A DNA stretch of 64,000 bases, from NCBI GenBank assembly GCA_965208125.1, contig OZ242320.1, positions 3,968,001 to 4,032,000 of the forward strand, given 5' to 3'. This DNA comes from Candidatus Latescibacterota bacterium. GTDB lineage: Bacteria; Latescibacterota; UBA2968. The notes beneath the pieces are model-generated. The model made no database searches and was not told where the DNA came from. It worked only from the letters and a program-made list of their open reading frames with translations. The position numbers and the translations under genes were made by a program. Positions 38,650-48,300 of the stretch are shown here, one piece after another. Positions within the stretch are counted from its first letter, which is position 1. Each line of letters begins with the position of its first letter.

Positions 38650-38784
38650 GCCAGGCGGCGCATAGTTCCTGTCAGACTTGAATGGCGGGGTCCAGGTAGA
38701 TGAGGTCGATACTTTCGAATTGACCGCGCGCAGGATATCGAGGTTGTCCGCTTCGAAGATCGTGCGGTTATTTATATTTGGCAT
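38650..38784 (-). pseudogene. N-terminal fragment of a DPPF-type DNA methyltransferase with two compensating frameshifts
   Basis: RTIFEADNLDILRAVNS / SIDLIYLDP / PFKSDRNY. Confidence 0.8.
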
Positions 38785-39516
38785 TTATCTCCTCTTTGGT
38801 GGGGAAAATCATGCCCTCGTTCCTAACGTAGTCCCCAAGGTCTGGATATACCGTACTTGGCCTTACATTGCAATAAACATCGAGATGGTTCAAAAGAGAC
38901 AGCTTCTCTTCCTTTGGCACCGGAATAGCCAATACATCTTCATCAAGAGGGATAGATCCGCCCTCTCTTGGCCGAACAAAAACACTACTTTGGTACTTGC
39001 TGTATCCGGCATAAGGGAATTCCATGATTGGGTGCTTTTCGGGGATTGTCAATGGGCGATATATCACAATGCGCCCATCGTGACTAGATTTGCCGTGGCT
39101 TATGGGAAGGCCTGCAATATCCGAACATGCAAAATATATGGCAATATTCACATCCCTTGAAAAATCTATAAAATTAGTTTTTCCGCCTGCCTTATTTTTC
39201 CCAGCGTCTCCCACGACTTTTCAGGCACCTGCTCAAGAGGGTTGCCCTCCATAAATATAGCGAACAATTCATCTTGCCTTTCCGCATCCACCCCCTCAAA
39301 TACACCAGCACCTGATACTGCGTGCCCTTCACACATTTTCATATCCTCCTCTCTTTCTTGAGCAGAATATTCAGCCCAGCGAGGATCTACCTTCTCGCGC
39401 ATCCTGTAGAATCCCGAAGATACGTGCTCAAACTTCTGGGGTTCTCCTCTAAACAACATCCTCCGATGTGTGTAAGGTATGGAATCTATTTGTTTGATCA
39501 GTTCGTTGTAGAACAT
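38768..39516 (-). pseudogene. FRG-domain protein split by a frameshift near 39190
   Basis: MLFRGE...SSGFYR in one frame; GGKTNFIDFSRDVNIAIYFAC...QSSVFV in the other. Confidence 0.8.
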
Positions 39517-39634
39517 ATCACTCCCTTCCTTTGCCGAGCTTGACAGGCATCTGGATAATCTGCGTAAATCAATAAATATACACAGTAGATTGAGGGGCAA
39601 CAAGGCATGCGGCAAGTCTTTCTGCCCATGTGAG

Positions 39635-39825
39635 TGATCATGCTGGAACTTGTATCGCATCCATGTAACTGCTTCAGGTGTTGCACAGCGTTGATAGCGG
39701 CAATGCGGTCAGATAGGAGGGGCGCGTTGCTCACCAAAGCGAATCTCCAGCATACCAAGAAGACCCTCAATGGTGTGTTCTCTGTTACCTTGCTCAATAC
39801 TCTGCTTAAGGGGATTATGTAGGAT
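39635..39825 (-). pseudogene. Frameshifted remnant resembling an Rpn/YhgA-type C-terminus
   Basis: KQSIEQGNREHTIEGLLGMLEIRFG / LSDRIAAINAVQHLKQLH. Confidence 0.45.
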
Positions 39826-39964
39826 AGTGGGAATGAATAAAGCAGTATGGCAGTAGTACTTGAAAAAAATGGACGCCGTTGGGTGTTTTTTGCGTATATC
39901 ATATTGAGAAGGGCACAAGTCCCTTACGTTTTGTGTTGTAAACTTTCTTACCAGGAGGGAAACA

Positions 39965-40165
39965 ATGTACCAAAAAATCCAGCAGTGGATTCGTTTGAAC
40001 TATGGGTGGGTTCCTAAAACGTGCTGGATCGCCCATTGCAAAGAACTGGCTGGCATTCAGGTCGGAAGGGCCTGGAATCGTGAAGGCGGTGAGAGAAAAC
40101 ACCCTTGTCCGCCTGATAAGCGTGAGCCTATATTCGCAGCTTTCAAACACTTCGGCATAACATGA
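39965..40165 (+). CDS. Small conserved-looking hypothetical protein
   Basis: AGGAGG RBS; YQKIQQWI...KTCWIAHCKE...CPPDKR...AFKHFG. Confidence 0.75.
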   Translation: MYQKIQQWIRLNYGWVPKTCWIAHCKELAGIQVGRAWNREGGERKHPCPPDKREPIFAAFKHFGIT

Positions 40166-40220
40166 TTACATCCTCATAGAACACTTGTATTTTTGATTCC
40201 AGTCGCCGGCTATGTATCTG

Positions 40221-40238
40221 GCACGTCAAGATGTTGTG
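40221..40238 (+). repeat. 18-bp exact direct repeat, copy 2
   Basis: GCACGTCAAGATGTTGTG. Confidence 0.8.
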
Positions 40239-40254
40239 GTGCTCGACCAGACAT

Positions 40255-40298
40255 AAGAAAAAGCCCGTTGATCTCATTCGATTGACGGGCTTTCTTTT
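40255..40298 (-). terminator. Terminator downstream of tRNA-Asn
   Basis: AAAGCCCGTT...GACGGGCTTT with A/T tails. Confidence 0.65.
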
Positions 40299-40340
40299 GC
40301 AATGAAACAGATAGATTAAAATTCAGCGAGAAGATATTCT

Positions 40341-40416
40341 TGGCTCCGGCGGTAGGACTCGAACCTACGACCCAGTGGTTAACAGCCACTTGCTCTGCCA
40401 GCTGAGCTACGCCGGA
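40341..40416 (-). tRNA. tRNA-Asn(GTT)
   Basis: TCCGGCG acceptor stem, GTGGCT-GTT-AACCAC anticodon arm, GTTCGAG, CCA. Confidence 0.97.
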
Positions 40417-40606
40417 ACGTCATATTTCCAATAGCGATGAAATCTACTGGAAGTGAATAGTAGTGTCAAGCGCAATTTTTGATCCGTTGATGTTGCAGCG
40501 TCTGAATATCAGGGCATTCCTCTTGACATCCCTCTGGTGAACATCTATGTTTCCAGAGGTTAGCCCAACCACCCAACCCACCAGTCCCCAGCCTCTTGCT
40601 ATTTTT

Positions 40607-41329
40607 ATGTCAGATGAAAAATTGATACAGCGGATTGTTGCCGAAGTTGTGCGGCGGTTGAAGGCGTTGGAGGGGGGCGCGGTATCTGCACCGATTGATC
40701 CGCCGGTGAGTTTGGTGACGGAGGATCTGGTCAAATCCGCGATAAGTCGCGGTGGTGATGCGGTTTATGTGACGCCCAATGCAATTGTGACGCCGTTGGC
40801 GCGGGATTTGATACGGCAGCAGAAAGTGCGTCTGGTCGTGGCTGATGATGAGGCGGTGATTCAAGAGCCGCAGAAATCGAGTGTTGTGGCTATTGGTGCG
40901 GACCACAAGGGATTTGAACTGAAGAAACAGATTGTGCTTATGTTGCAAGATGCCGGGCGAGAGGTGATGGATTGCGGCGTGCATAGTCCGCAGGAGGCAT
41001 CTTATGTCGGTGTGGCAAAAACGGTGGCGGATGTTGTTTTGGAAAAGAATTTGATGACGGGTATTGTGGTCGATGGGGGAGGCGCGGGGGCTGCCCTCGT
41101 TGCGAATAAGGTAAAGGGGATTCGCGCTGTTTCGTGTCACGATGTGACATCGGCCAAATTTGCCCGCGCCCATGTGGATGCCAATATTTTATGTCTCGGT
41201 GTCGGCGTGGTGGGCGATACCGTGGCGAAAGAGATTGTTGCGACATGGCTGAGTACCCCGTTTGAAGGCGGGCAATATGCCGCGCGTGTTCGGGAAATTG
41301 ATGAGGTGGAGGATGAGGCCCAGGATTGA
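40607..41329 (+). CDS. rpiB: RpiB/LacA/LacB sugar-phosphate isomerase with N-terminal extension
   Basis: IGADHKG, ANKVKGIRA, HVDANIL, FEGG; DGGG in place of the usual CGTG; N-terminal amphipathic helix. Confidence 0.85.
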   Translation: MSDEKLIQRIVAEVVRRLKALEGGAVSAPIDPPVSLVTEDLVKSAISRGGDAVYVTPNAIVTPLARDLIRQQKVRLVVADDEAVIQEPQKSSVVAIGADHKGFELKKQIVLMLQDAGREVMDCGVHSPQEASYVGVAKTVADVVLEKNLMTGIVVDGGGAGAALVANKVKGIRAVSCHDVTSAKFARAHVDANILCLGVGVVGDTVAKEIVATWLSTPFEGGQYAARVREIDEVEDEAQD

Positions 41330-41353
41330 GCTAAATGTTCTTTTAAATAGGGG

Positions 41354-42130
41354 ATGACTATGCTTTCACAGGAGCAACTGGCGCAGTATGACCGGGATGG
41401 ATATGTGCTGGTGTCGGGATTGATTCCAGAAGAGACAATTGCCAATGCGGAAGCTGCTATGTGGTCTGTGCTCGGGATGGATCGGGATGATCCGGCTTCG
41501 TGGTCTCCTTTGCCAGACAAAACAGATGGGGTGACAACAATCGCCCGCCAGGGGTTGATTGAACATTTTGGGGTTCGTGATCCCGCGTTGCTGGCTTGTT
41601 GTACGCCCGCATTTTACGAGGTGCAGAGCCAACTGGTTCGGGAGAATGCAGATGCTTTTCACTGTCAGAAACCACAGCCTGAGGCAGTGTGGGCACGCAG
41701 TGTATTTCCGGTTCCGAAAGGCTGGAATTATCTCAGTGGGCACGTCGATGGTGGACATCGACCTTTTGATGTTTTTCCAGGGTCATTTCGGGTTTCCTCT
41801 CTGACTTATCTCGATTCTGGTGTTGCACAAGGTGGTGGGACCGCGGTCTGGCCAGGGACACATCGGAAGTTCAGCGAGATGGCAGTGCAGGATCCCGATC
41901 GGTTTCGAATGCTGTCGGATTTTGCGAAGCCGCAACAAAGGTTCGGTCTGGGAGAGCCGATTGAGTTGAGGCCGTCCCGAGGCGATGTCATGTTTTTTCA
42001 TTATCTGTTAGTACACTGCGGGTCCCTCAATACAAGCAATAAACCGCGTTTTGCCCTCCGCTGGATGTGTGCCTGTGACGCATGTCGCATCTGGGAAAAG
42101 TATGGCAAGTGGAATATCTGGATGCCCTGA
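41354..42130 (+). CDS. PhyH-family dioxygenase
   Basis: GHVDGG, WPGTH, VHCGS, PRFAL; N-terminus similar to the 28101 gene. Confidence 0.88.
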   Translation: MTMLSQEQLAQYDRDGYVLVSGLIPEETIANAEAAMWSVLGMDRDDPASWSPLPDKTDGVTTIARQGLIEHFGVRDPALLACCTPAFYEVQSQLVRENADAFHCQKPQPEAVWARSVFPVPKGWNYLSGHVDGGHRPFDVFPGSFRVSSLTYLDSGVAQGGGTAVWPGTHRKFSEMAVQDPDRFRMLSDFAKPQQRFGLGEPIELRPSRGDVMFFHYLLVHCGSLNTSNKPRFALRWMCACDACRIWEKYGKWNIWMP

Positions 42131-42206
42131 TGTTGATGGTTGACTCGCTGTGGGGAAACCCGTATATTTTTTTCTCTATGACCTGTGTTGTTTCCGCGGG
42201 GTGTCC

Positions 42207-42665
42207 GTGGTGGATGATGACCTGACAGGCATGAAATTTGCGCTCGAAGAAGCCCATGTGGCAGCGAGCGAGCAGGAAGTGCCTATTGGCGCTGTTGTGA
42301 TGCACAATGGCGAGGTAATCGCACGAGATCACAATCGCATTGTCCAGCGAAATGATCCCACTGCACATGCCGAAATGCTCGTTATTGGGCAGGCAACAAA
42401 AAAGTTGGGCGTTCGGTGGCTAAATAACTGCGTGCTTTACGCAACACTGGAACCCTGTGCTATGTGTGCAGGGGCTATGGTGCTTGCCCGATTGTCCCGG
42501 TTGGTTTTTGGGGCTTGCGATCCCAAAACCGGAGCTTGCGGATCCCTGAGAAATATTGTGGAAGATACACGTCTGAATCATCGCCTATATGTACGCCGAG
42601 GCGTTTTAGAAGATGCGTGTAGCCAGGTGTTGCGGACGTTTTTTCAAACTTTGCGCGAAAAATAA
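42207..42665 (+). CDS. tadA: tRNA adenosine(34) deaminase
   Basis: EVPIGA, DPTAHAE, EPCAMC, DPKTG; exact start uncertain. Confidence 0.93.
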   Translation: MVDDDLTGMKFALEEAHVAASEQEVPIGAVVMHNGEVIARDHNRIVQRNDPTAHAEMLVIGQATKKLGVRWLNNCVLYATLEPCAMCAGAMVLARLSRLVFGACDPKTGACGSLRNIVEDTRLNHRLYVRRGVLEDACSQVLRTFFQTLREK

Positions 42666-42675
42666 ATAAAATATC

Positions 42676-42765
<90 letters not shown>

Positions 42766-42825
42766 AAAATAAGCACACAGGTGTATGTGTGAGAAAGCTG
42801 ATAGCCGATCGCTTACAGCTATATT

Positions 42826-42915
<90 letters not shown>

Positions 42916-42934
42916 AAAATATCACGAGGTTGTT

Positions 42935-43306
42935 ATGCCGCATCCGATTCGCATTACAGTTGGCGATATTGAACTCGACGCCGAGTTAAATGATTCGCAA
43001 ACAGCAGACAAAGTTCGCGAGGTTTTGCCGCTGGATTGTTCGTTTAATACATGGGGCGATGAGATTTACTTTGCAATTCCCGTTCAAGCGGGTCCCGAAG
43101 ATGCATGTGAAACTGTGGCGTTGAACGACCTTGGATATTGGCCGCCGGGTCATGCATTTTGCATTTTTTACGGTCAGACCCCGGCCAGTCATGGAGATGA
43201 AATTCGTCCGGCAAGTCCCGTCAATATTATTGGACGGGTGCTGGGCGATGCCACGGTGCTCAAATCTGTTTCGGGAGCGCGCAACATCGTGGTTGAAGCG
43301 GTTTAG
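42935..43306 (+). CDS. Cyclophilin-like fold protein (DUF369-like)
   Basis: NTWGDEIYF...YWPPG..FCIFYG.TP.S...IRPASPVN. Confidence 0.85.
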   Translation: MPHPIRITVGDIELDAELNDSQTADKVREVLPLDCSFNTWGDEIYFAIPVQAGPEDACETVALNDLGYWPPGHAFCIFYGQTPASHGDEIRPASPVNIIGRVLGDATVLKSVSGARNIVVEAV

Positions 43307-43307
43307 G

Positions 43308-43384
<77 letters not shown>

Positions 43385-43438
43385 AATATATTGTTAAGAG
43401 GTAAGAGGCGAGATTCCTCTTGTATCTCACTGTTTTCA

Positions 43439-43711
43439 GGTCGTGCTAGACGGGGAGATAGCGGTGCCCTGTAGCCCGCAATCCGCTATAGCGGGGTCGA
43501 ATTCCACGTCTGAGAACCGGTATTTTGGATCGCGGTCAATGAGTATGCAGCGTTGATCGTCAGGTCCTGCGCAACGTGCCTATGCCGAACCCCGTCAGGA
43601 CCGGAAGGTAGCAGCGGTAAGCAAATCGGTGCGTGTGCCGCAGGGGCACCTGGCAGGAGCCAGCGCTCGTTGAACGCCCCGGGGTAGCGGTTCGAAGCGC
43701 GGTGCACGACC
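43439..43711 (+). ncRNA. ffs: Signal recognition particle RNA, large (Alu-containing) type
   Basis: GGTCGTGC/GCACGACC closing stem; GCTAGACGGGGAG...GCGGTGCCCTGTA Alu domain; CAGGACCGGAAGGTAGCAG helix 8; upstream of dnaX. Confidence 0.95.
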
Positions 43712-43770
43712 TTTTTTTCGGGATGGGCGAGATGGGGGCTGGGGTTGGAAAGGCCCCCTTTGGAGTTTTT

Positions 43771-45480
43771 ATGTCTTACACGGTAATGGCCCGAAAGCGA
43801 AGGCCACAGGCATTTGAAACAGTGGTTGCACAAAGCCATGTGACCACCACATTGCAAAACGCCATTCGGCTGGAGCGCGTGGCGCAGTCATATCTGTTTT
43901 CCGGGCCGCGAGGAACGGGTAAGACCACGACGGCGCGATTGCTTGCCATGGCACTCAATTGCGAGCAGGGGCCAACGGCTGAACCGTGTGGGGAATGTGC
44001 TTCGTGTGTCGCCATACGCCAGGGCAACAGCATGGATGTGCTGGAGATTGACGGGGCTTCGAATCGCGGGATTGATGAAATCAGGCAATTGCGCGAAGAG
44101 GTGGGGTATGCGGCTTCGCAAGGCAAGCGCAAGGTTTATATTATCGATGAAGTACACATGCTCACTACCGAGGCTTTTAATGCCTTGCTCAAAACGCTTG
44201 AAGAACCGCCAGCGCATGTTGTTTTTGTATTTGCAACTACCGAAGCTCACAAAGTGCCCGAAACCATTTTGTCCCGGTGTCAGCGCTACAATTTTCGGCG
44301 CATTCCGCCTGTGGCAATTGTGGAAGAGCTCAAAATGGCTGTGGATGAAGAAGGCGTGACAGCAGAAGAATCCGCGCTGTTTTTGATCGCTCGAAAAGCC
44401 GATGGGGGCATGCGCGATGCCCTGAGTTTGCTGGATCAGGTCATTGCATTTTCAGATGCTGATATTACGGAAGATGCCATACAGAATTTACTGGGTTTGA
44501 TTCCTCGAGATGTGTATTTTGACCTGACTCAGGCCATTGTGGAGCGGGATGGTGCCCGCGCCCTGGAGATTGTTGATGAATTGACGCGCGAAGGCAGTGA
44601 TCTGGGTGAATTTGTGGCGGGGCTGATGGCGCATTTTCGACATTTGCTCGTTGCTCGTGCCGCGAGAGATTTAACAGATGAACTAGAAGCTGACCGCGTG
44701 CAGTATGCAGAGGTTGCCGCGCAATTCGAAGAGGCAGATCTCGTGCGCATGCTCAATGCCGTAGGGGAACTGGAAACGCAGATTAGTCGGGTGACCGAGC
44801 CGCGATTCTGGCTCGAATTGACGGTTATGAAGCTGGTACAGATGACGTCAAGTGTAGATTTGCAGGTTTTGATTGGTCGATTAGAACAACTCGAGCGCGG
44901 GATAAAAAGCCAGGGAACGGCTACTGGAGTGCGACGGCCATTGCCCAGTTCCCAACCTGCACAGAAAGCGACATCATCCAAACCAGACACGCGCGCCAGG
45001 GTAGATAGATTACCGCCGCCAAAACCCGATCCCAAATCTTCACCTCCGCAACAGCAGGGCAACGGTCATCCTGTGGCAGAACAGCCACAAGAAGAAATAC
45101 CTCCAATGCCGGATGTATCCTCAGAAGAGCCGCCAGACTTTTCTGTCATAAAAAGTAAGTGGGAACAACTTGTACAGGCAGTGAAGAACGAGAGAATGTC
45201 GTTGGGTACATTTTTGGCCGAAGGACGCCCACAATCAATGGATGGGCGACTTCTGGTGGTGGCTTTTCAGAAGCACCGCGAATTTCACGCCAATCAGGTG
45301 CGGCGTAGCCGCGCTCTGGTAGAAGAAGTTGCGCGTGGCGTTTTTGGAGGTCCAGTCACCATTTCGTGTGAGGTTGTTTACGACGATAATAAAGAGCAAA
45401 TAGTTGAGGAGAAGGGTGTAGAAGAAGATGAGCGCGTGCAGATGGTGATGCAGGTGTTTAGCGGGGAAGTGATCAGGTAG
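43771..45480 (+). CDS. dnaX: DNA polymerase III gamma/tau
   Basis: GPRGTGKT, DGASNRG, IDEVHML, SRCQ. Confidence 0.97.
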   Translation: MSYTVMARKRRPQAFETVVAQSHVTTTLQNAIRLERVAQSYLFSGPRGTGKTTTARLLAMALNCEQGPTAEPCGECASCVAIRQGNSMDVLEIDGASNRGIDEIRQLREEVGYAASQGKRKVYIIDEVHMLTTEAFNALLKTLEEPPAHVVFVFATTEAHKVPETILSRCQRYNFRRIPPVAIVEELKMAVDEEGVTAEESALFLIARKADGGMRDALSLLDQVIAFSDADITEDAIQNLLGLIPRDVYFDLTQAIVERDGARALEIVDELTREGSDLGEFVAGLMAHFRHLLVARAARDLTDELEADRVQYAEVAAQFEEADLVRMLNAVGELETQISRVTEPRFWLELTVMKLVQMTSSVDLQVLIGRLEQLERGIKSQGTATGVRRPLPSSQPAQKATSSKPDTRARVDRLPPPKPDPKSSPPQQQGNGHPVAEQPQEEIPPMPDVSSEEPPDFSVIKSKWEQLVQAVKNERMSLGTFLAEGRPQSMDGRLLVVAFQKHREFHANQVRRSRALVEEVARGVFGGPVTISCEVVYDDNKEQIVEEKGVEEDERVQMVMQVFSGEVIR

Positions 45481-45522
45481 GGATTGCTGCGTTGGGAACA
45501 TTGTTTTTTGAGGAGATAGAGT

Positions 45523-45849
45523 ATGGCAAAAGGTATGGGCGCGATGATGAGGCAGGCCCAAAAGTTGCAGGCCAAGCTGACCAGGGTGCAAGAAGAACTG
45601 GGGACAAAAGAGGTAGAGGCAACTTCGGGTGGGGGTATGGTGACAGTAAGGGCCAGTGGGCATCAAGATATTTTGTCGATAAAAATTGATCCCGAAGTCG
45701 TTGATCCCGAAGATGTGGAAATGCTGGAAGACCTCGTGCTGGCGGCGGTTCAGCAGGCGCGTCAAAAAGCTGCGGATATGGCCGAGGCAGAAATGCAGAA
45801 AGCCACAGCGGGTCTTATTCCGCCCGGTATGAATATGCCGGGGTTCTGA
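45523..45849 (+). CDS. ybaB: YbaB/EbfC nucleoid-associated protein
   Basis: QAQKLQ...GGGMV...DVEMLEDL; synteny. Confidence 0.96.
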   Translation: MAKGMGAMMRQAQKLQAKLTRVQEELGTKEVEATSGGGMVTVRASGHQDILSIKIDPEVVDPEDVEMLEDLVLAAVQQARQKAADMAEAEMQKATAGLIPPGMNMPGF

Positions 45850-45891
45850 GATTGGAGCGAAGTCCTCGCGCTATAGTTTTTGGAGTTTTCC

Positions 45892-46485
45892 ATGGCATCA
45901 GAGGCCATCGAAAAATTGATTGTCGCTTTGAATCGGTTGCCCGGGATCGGCGCTAAAACAGCACGGCGTCTCGCGCTGGAGATGTTGACATGGGATACGG
46001 ATGAGGTGCGCGAACTCGCCGACTTGATGGTGGATGTCAAGACCCGGGTGCGGCGGTGCTCAATTTGTTTTAATTTAACAGAGGTTGAGCCGTGTTCTGT
46101 GTGCAGCGATACGCGTCGAGATCGTTCCAGTGTGATGGTGATTGATTTTATCGGCGATCTTTTGGCGTTTGAGCGCACCGGACTTTATCGGGGACTTTAT
46201 CACGTACTGGACGGGCGTATTTCGCCGCTGGATGGTATTGGTCCAGAAGACTTGAATATTTCCCAATTGCTCCAACGCTTGCGCCAGGGAGAAATTCGAG
46301 AAGTGATTCTCGCCAACGGTCCGACCGTAGAGGGCGATGCCACAGCACAATATTTGTCTCAATGTTTGACTCCGTTTGAAGTATCTGTCACACAAATTGC
46401 GCGCGGGTTGCCGGTGGGCAGTGATCTCGCCCTGGCCGATCAGGTGACATTGTCTCGCGCGCTGGAAGGCCGTCGGGAGTATTAA
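45892..46485 (+). CDS. recR: Recombination mediator RecR
   Basis: LPGIGAKTA, C4 zinc finger, Toprim domain. Confidence 0.97.
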   Translation: MASEAIEKLIVALNRLPGIGAKTARRLALEMLTWDTDEVRELADLMVDVKTRVRRCSICFNLTEVEPCSVCSDTRRDRSSVMVIDFIGDLLAFERTGLYRGLYHVLDGRISPLDGIGPEDLNISQLLQRLRQGEIREVILANGPTVEGDATAQYLSQCLTPFEVSVTQIARGLPVGSDLALADQVTLSRALEGRREY

Positions 46486-47127
46486 ATGCCCCAGGTAAAT
46501 ACCATAGAATCGAATCGGATGACAATGCCTGAGCCGCATACCCCAAATCGGTTGTGGACAGTGCCCAATGTCTTAACAGTGTCGCGGTTGTTGCTTACGC
46601 CCGTGTTTTTGCTGTTGATTTTTGCTGCCAACTGGTATTTCAAAATCCTCGCACTGCTCGTCTTTGCTGTAGCCTCGTTGACTGATTTTTACGATGGGCG
46701 CATTGCGCGGCGCGACGGCACAGTGACCAACTTTGGTCGCTTTATGGATCCGCTGGCCGATAAGTTGCTCGTATCTTCGGCATTGATTGCATTTGCGCGT
46801 TTGGGCATGGTTGAAGCATGGCTTATCGGGGCGATGCTCGTGCGCGATGTCGTGATTACGGGATTGCGCATTTTTGCGATTCGACGCGGCAAGCCCGTGG
46901 TGACTTCACAACTTGCCAAGTGGAAAACCATGCTGCAATTGGTGCTTGTTTTTGGCATTTTGGTCTTTATCAATGTGCGCGTGGTCGAAGCCGAATTGGC
47001 CGCCCAACCCATTGTGCTCGTGGGCGATATTTCTTATTGGGTTTTGAATGTTCTGGTGGCTGTCGTGACCCTCGTCGCCGTGGTTTCAGGCGTTCGGTAT
47101 TTAATTGAAAATCGCAAGACATTTTAA
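46486..47127 (+). CDS. pgsA: CDP-diacylglycerol--glycerol-3-phosphate phosphatidyltransferase
   Basis: PNVLT, DFYDGRIAR...GRFMDPLADK. Confidence 0.93.
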   Translation: MPQVNTIESNRMTMPEPHTPNRLWTVPNVLTVSRLLLTPVFLLLIFAANWYFKILALLVFAVASLTDFYDGRIARRDGTVTNFGRFMDPLADKLLVSSALIAFARLGMVEAWLIGAMLVRDVVITGLRIFAIRRGKPVVTSQLAKWKTMLQLVLVFGILVFINVRVVEAELAAQPIVLVGDISYWVLNVLVAVVTLVAVVSGVRYLIENRKTF

Positions 47128-47154
47128 GGCGAGCGAATAGCTGAGCCTATAGCT

Positions 47155-47634
47155 ATGACAGATTTTCGGCCTCCTGAGCCATCTTTTTTTGTCCGGTTGA
47201 TTGCAACCGGCTTTTTTTCTGGCTATTCGAGTTTTGCCCCGGGAACAGCCGGGTCAGGCGTGGCATTGGCGATTTATTGTCTGTTGCCGCCCCTGAACCC
47301 GTGGGCGTGGGGGGGGCTGTTGATCGGGTTGTTTTTCGTGGGGGTTTATACATCCGGGGCATGCGAAAAAGTCTGGGGTAAAGATCCCAGATGTGTGGTG
47401 ATTGACGAGTTTGTCGGATTTTTTGTGACAGTAAGTCTGCTTCCGCAGTCGGTGTTGATGGGCATAGTTGGCTTTGTCGTGTTTCGCATACTGGATATTA
47501 TTAAGCCACTGCCCGCCCGGCAGGTCGAGGCATTGCCCGGTGGGTGGGGTATTGTGGGTGACGATGTGGTTGTGGGCATTTATGGACATTTAATTCTAAT
47601 GTTATGGCTGGCATTCGCACCTTTGTCGCTTTAG
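47155..47634 (+). CDS. pgpA: Phosphatidylglycerophosphatase A
   Basis: APGTAGS, DP..VVIDE, FRILDIIKP, DD. Confidence 0.93.
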   Translation: MTDFRPPEPSFFVRLIATGFFSGYSSFAPGTAGSGVALAIYCLLPPLNPWAWGGLLIGLFFVGVYTSGACEKVWGKDPRCVVIDEFVGFFVTVSLLPQSVLMGIVGFVVFRILDIIKPLPARQVEALPGGWGIVGDDVVVGIYGHLILMLWLAFAPLSL

Positions 47635-48188
47635 AAATGCCCGTTGCTGTTAAACGGCAAGTCGTTTCTGTGGCGCGTCACATGAGCCATTTGGGCCAGA
47701 TGCGCTGGGTGAGATCTGAGGGCGTACACCTCACCCTCAAATTTTTAGGTGATGTGGAAGAAAATCGCGTTGCGGACGTTGTTTTAGCCGTGCAGCGGGT
47801 CGCTTCCAAATTTCAACCCCTCGCGTTGTCAACTGCGGGGTTGGGTGGTTTTCCGCATCTTGAAAGTGCGCGGGTGTTGTGGTTGGGCGTTGAAGGCGAT
47901 CTGGAGCGGTTGAGGATATTGCAAGGTCGGATTGCACATAAGCTCGAAGACCTGGGATTTGAGCGGGAGCGACGTCGATTTTTCGCCCATGTGACGGTGG
48001 GTAGAGTGCGGCGTAAGCCGGTTCGCATGACCGCTGAAAATGCAAAAAAATGGCGTGCGGTCAATTTTACAGTTGATCGCGTCTCGGTGATGAAAAGCAC
48101 ATTGCGTCCCGATGGTGCTGTGTACACGACTTTGGGGTATGGGATGCTTACGGGAGACGGGAATGCGTATCCCGGTTCAGATCGCTAA
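47604..48188 (+). CDS. thpR: RNA 2',3'-cyclic phosphodiesterase (2H family)
   Basis: HLTLKFLG and HVTVGR motifs. Confidence 0.93.
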   Translation: MAGIRTFVALEMPVAVKRQVVSVARHMSHLGQMRWVRSEGVHLTLKFLGDVEENRVADVVLAVQRVASKFQPLALSTAGLGGFPHLESARVLWLGVEGDLERLRILQGRIAHKLEDLGFERERRRFFAHVTVGRVRRKPVRMTAENAKKWRAVNFTVDRVSVMKSTLRPDGAVYTTLGYGMLTGDGNAYPGSDR

Positions 48189-48196
48189 ATAGTTTC

Positions 48197-48225
48197 TTGA
48201 CGTATATACAAATGTTCACTATACT
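48197..48225 (+). promoter_or_regulatory. recA promoter with candidate SOS box in the spacer
   Basis: TTGACG-17nt-TATACT; ATAC-AAAT-GTTC at 48206-48217. Confidence 0.65.
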
Positions 48226-48300
48226 TGTTGCACATTGTGCGGTGCAGAATACGAGCGGGGCTGCGCCGTGATCCCAAACCTTTTGTAAGGAGAGATACAG

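Noticed and set aside
40341-40416. Intact tRNA-integrated element with attL/attR
   Set aside because: I found no integrase and no second copy of the tRNA-Asn 3' end; the island's left boundary is undefined
43633-43770. Extended dnaX N-terminus (and the 42785 ORF start)
   Set aside because: These extensions overlap the SRP RNA or tRNA-Ser; downstream ATGs match family starts
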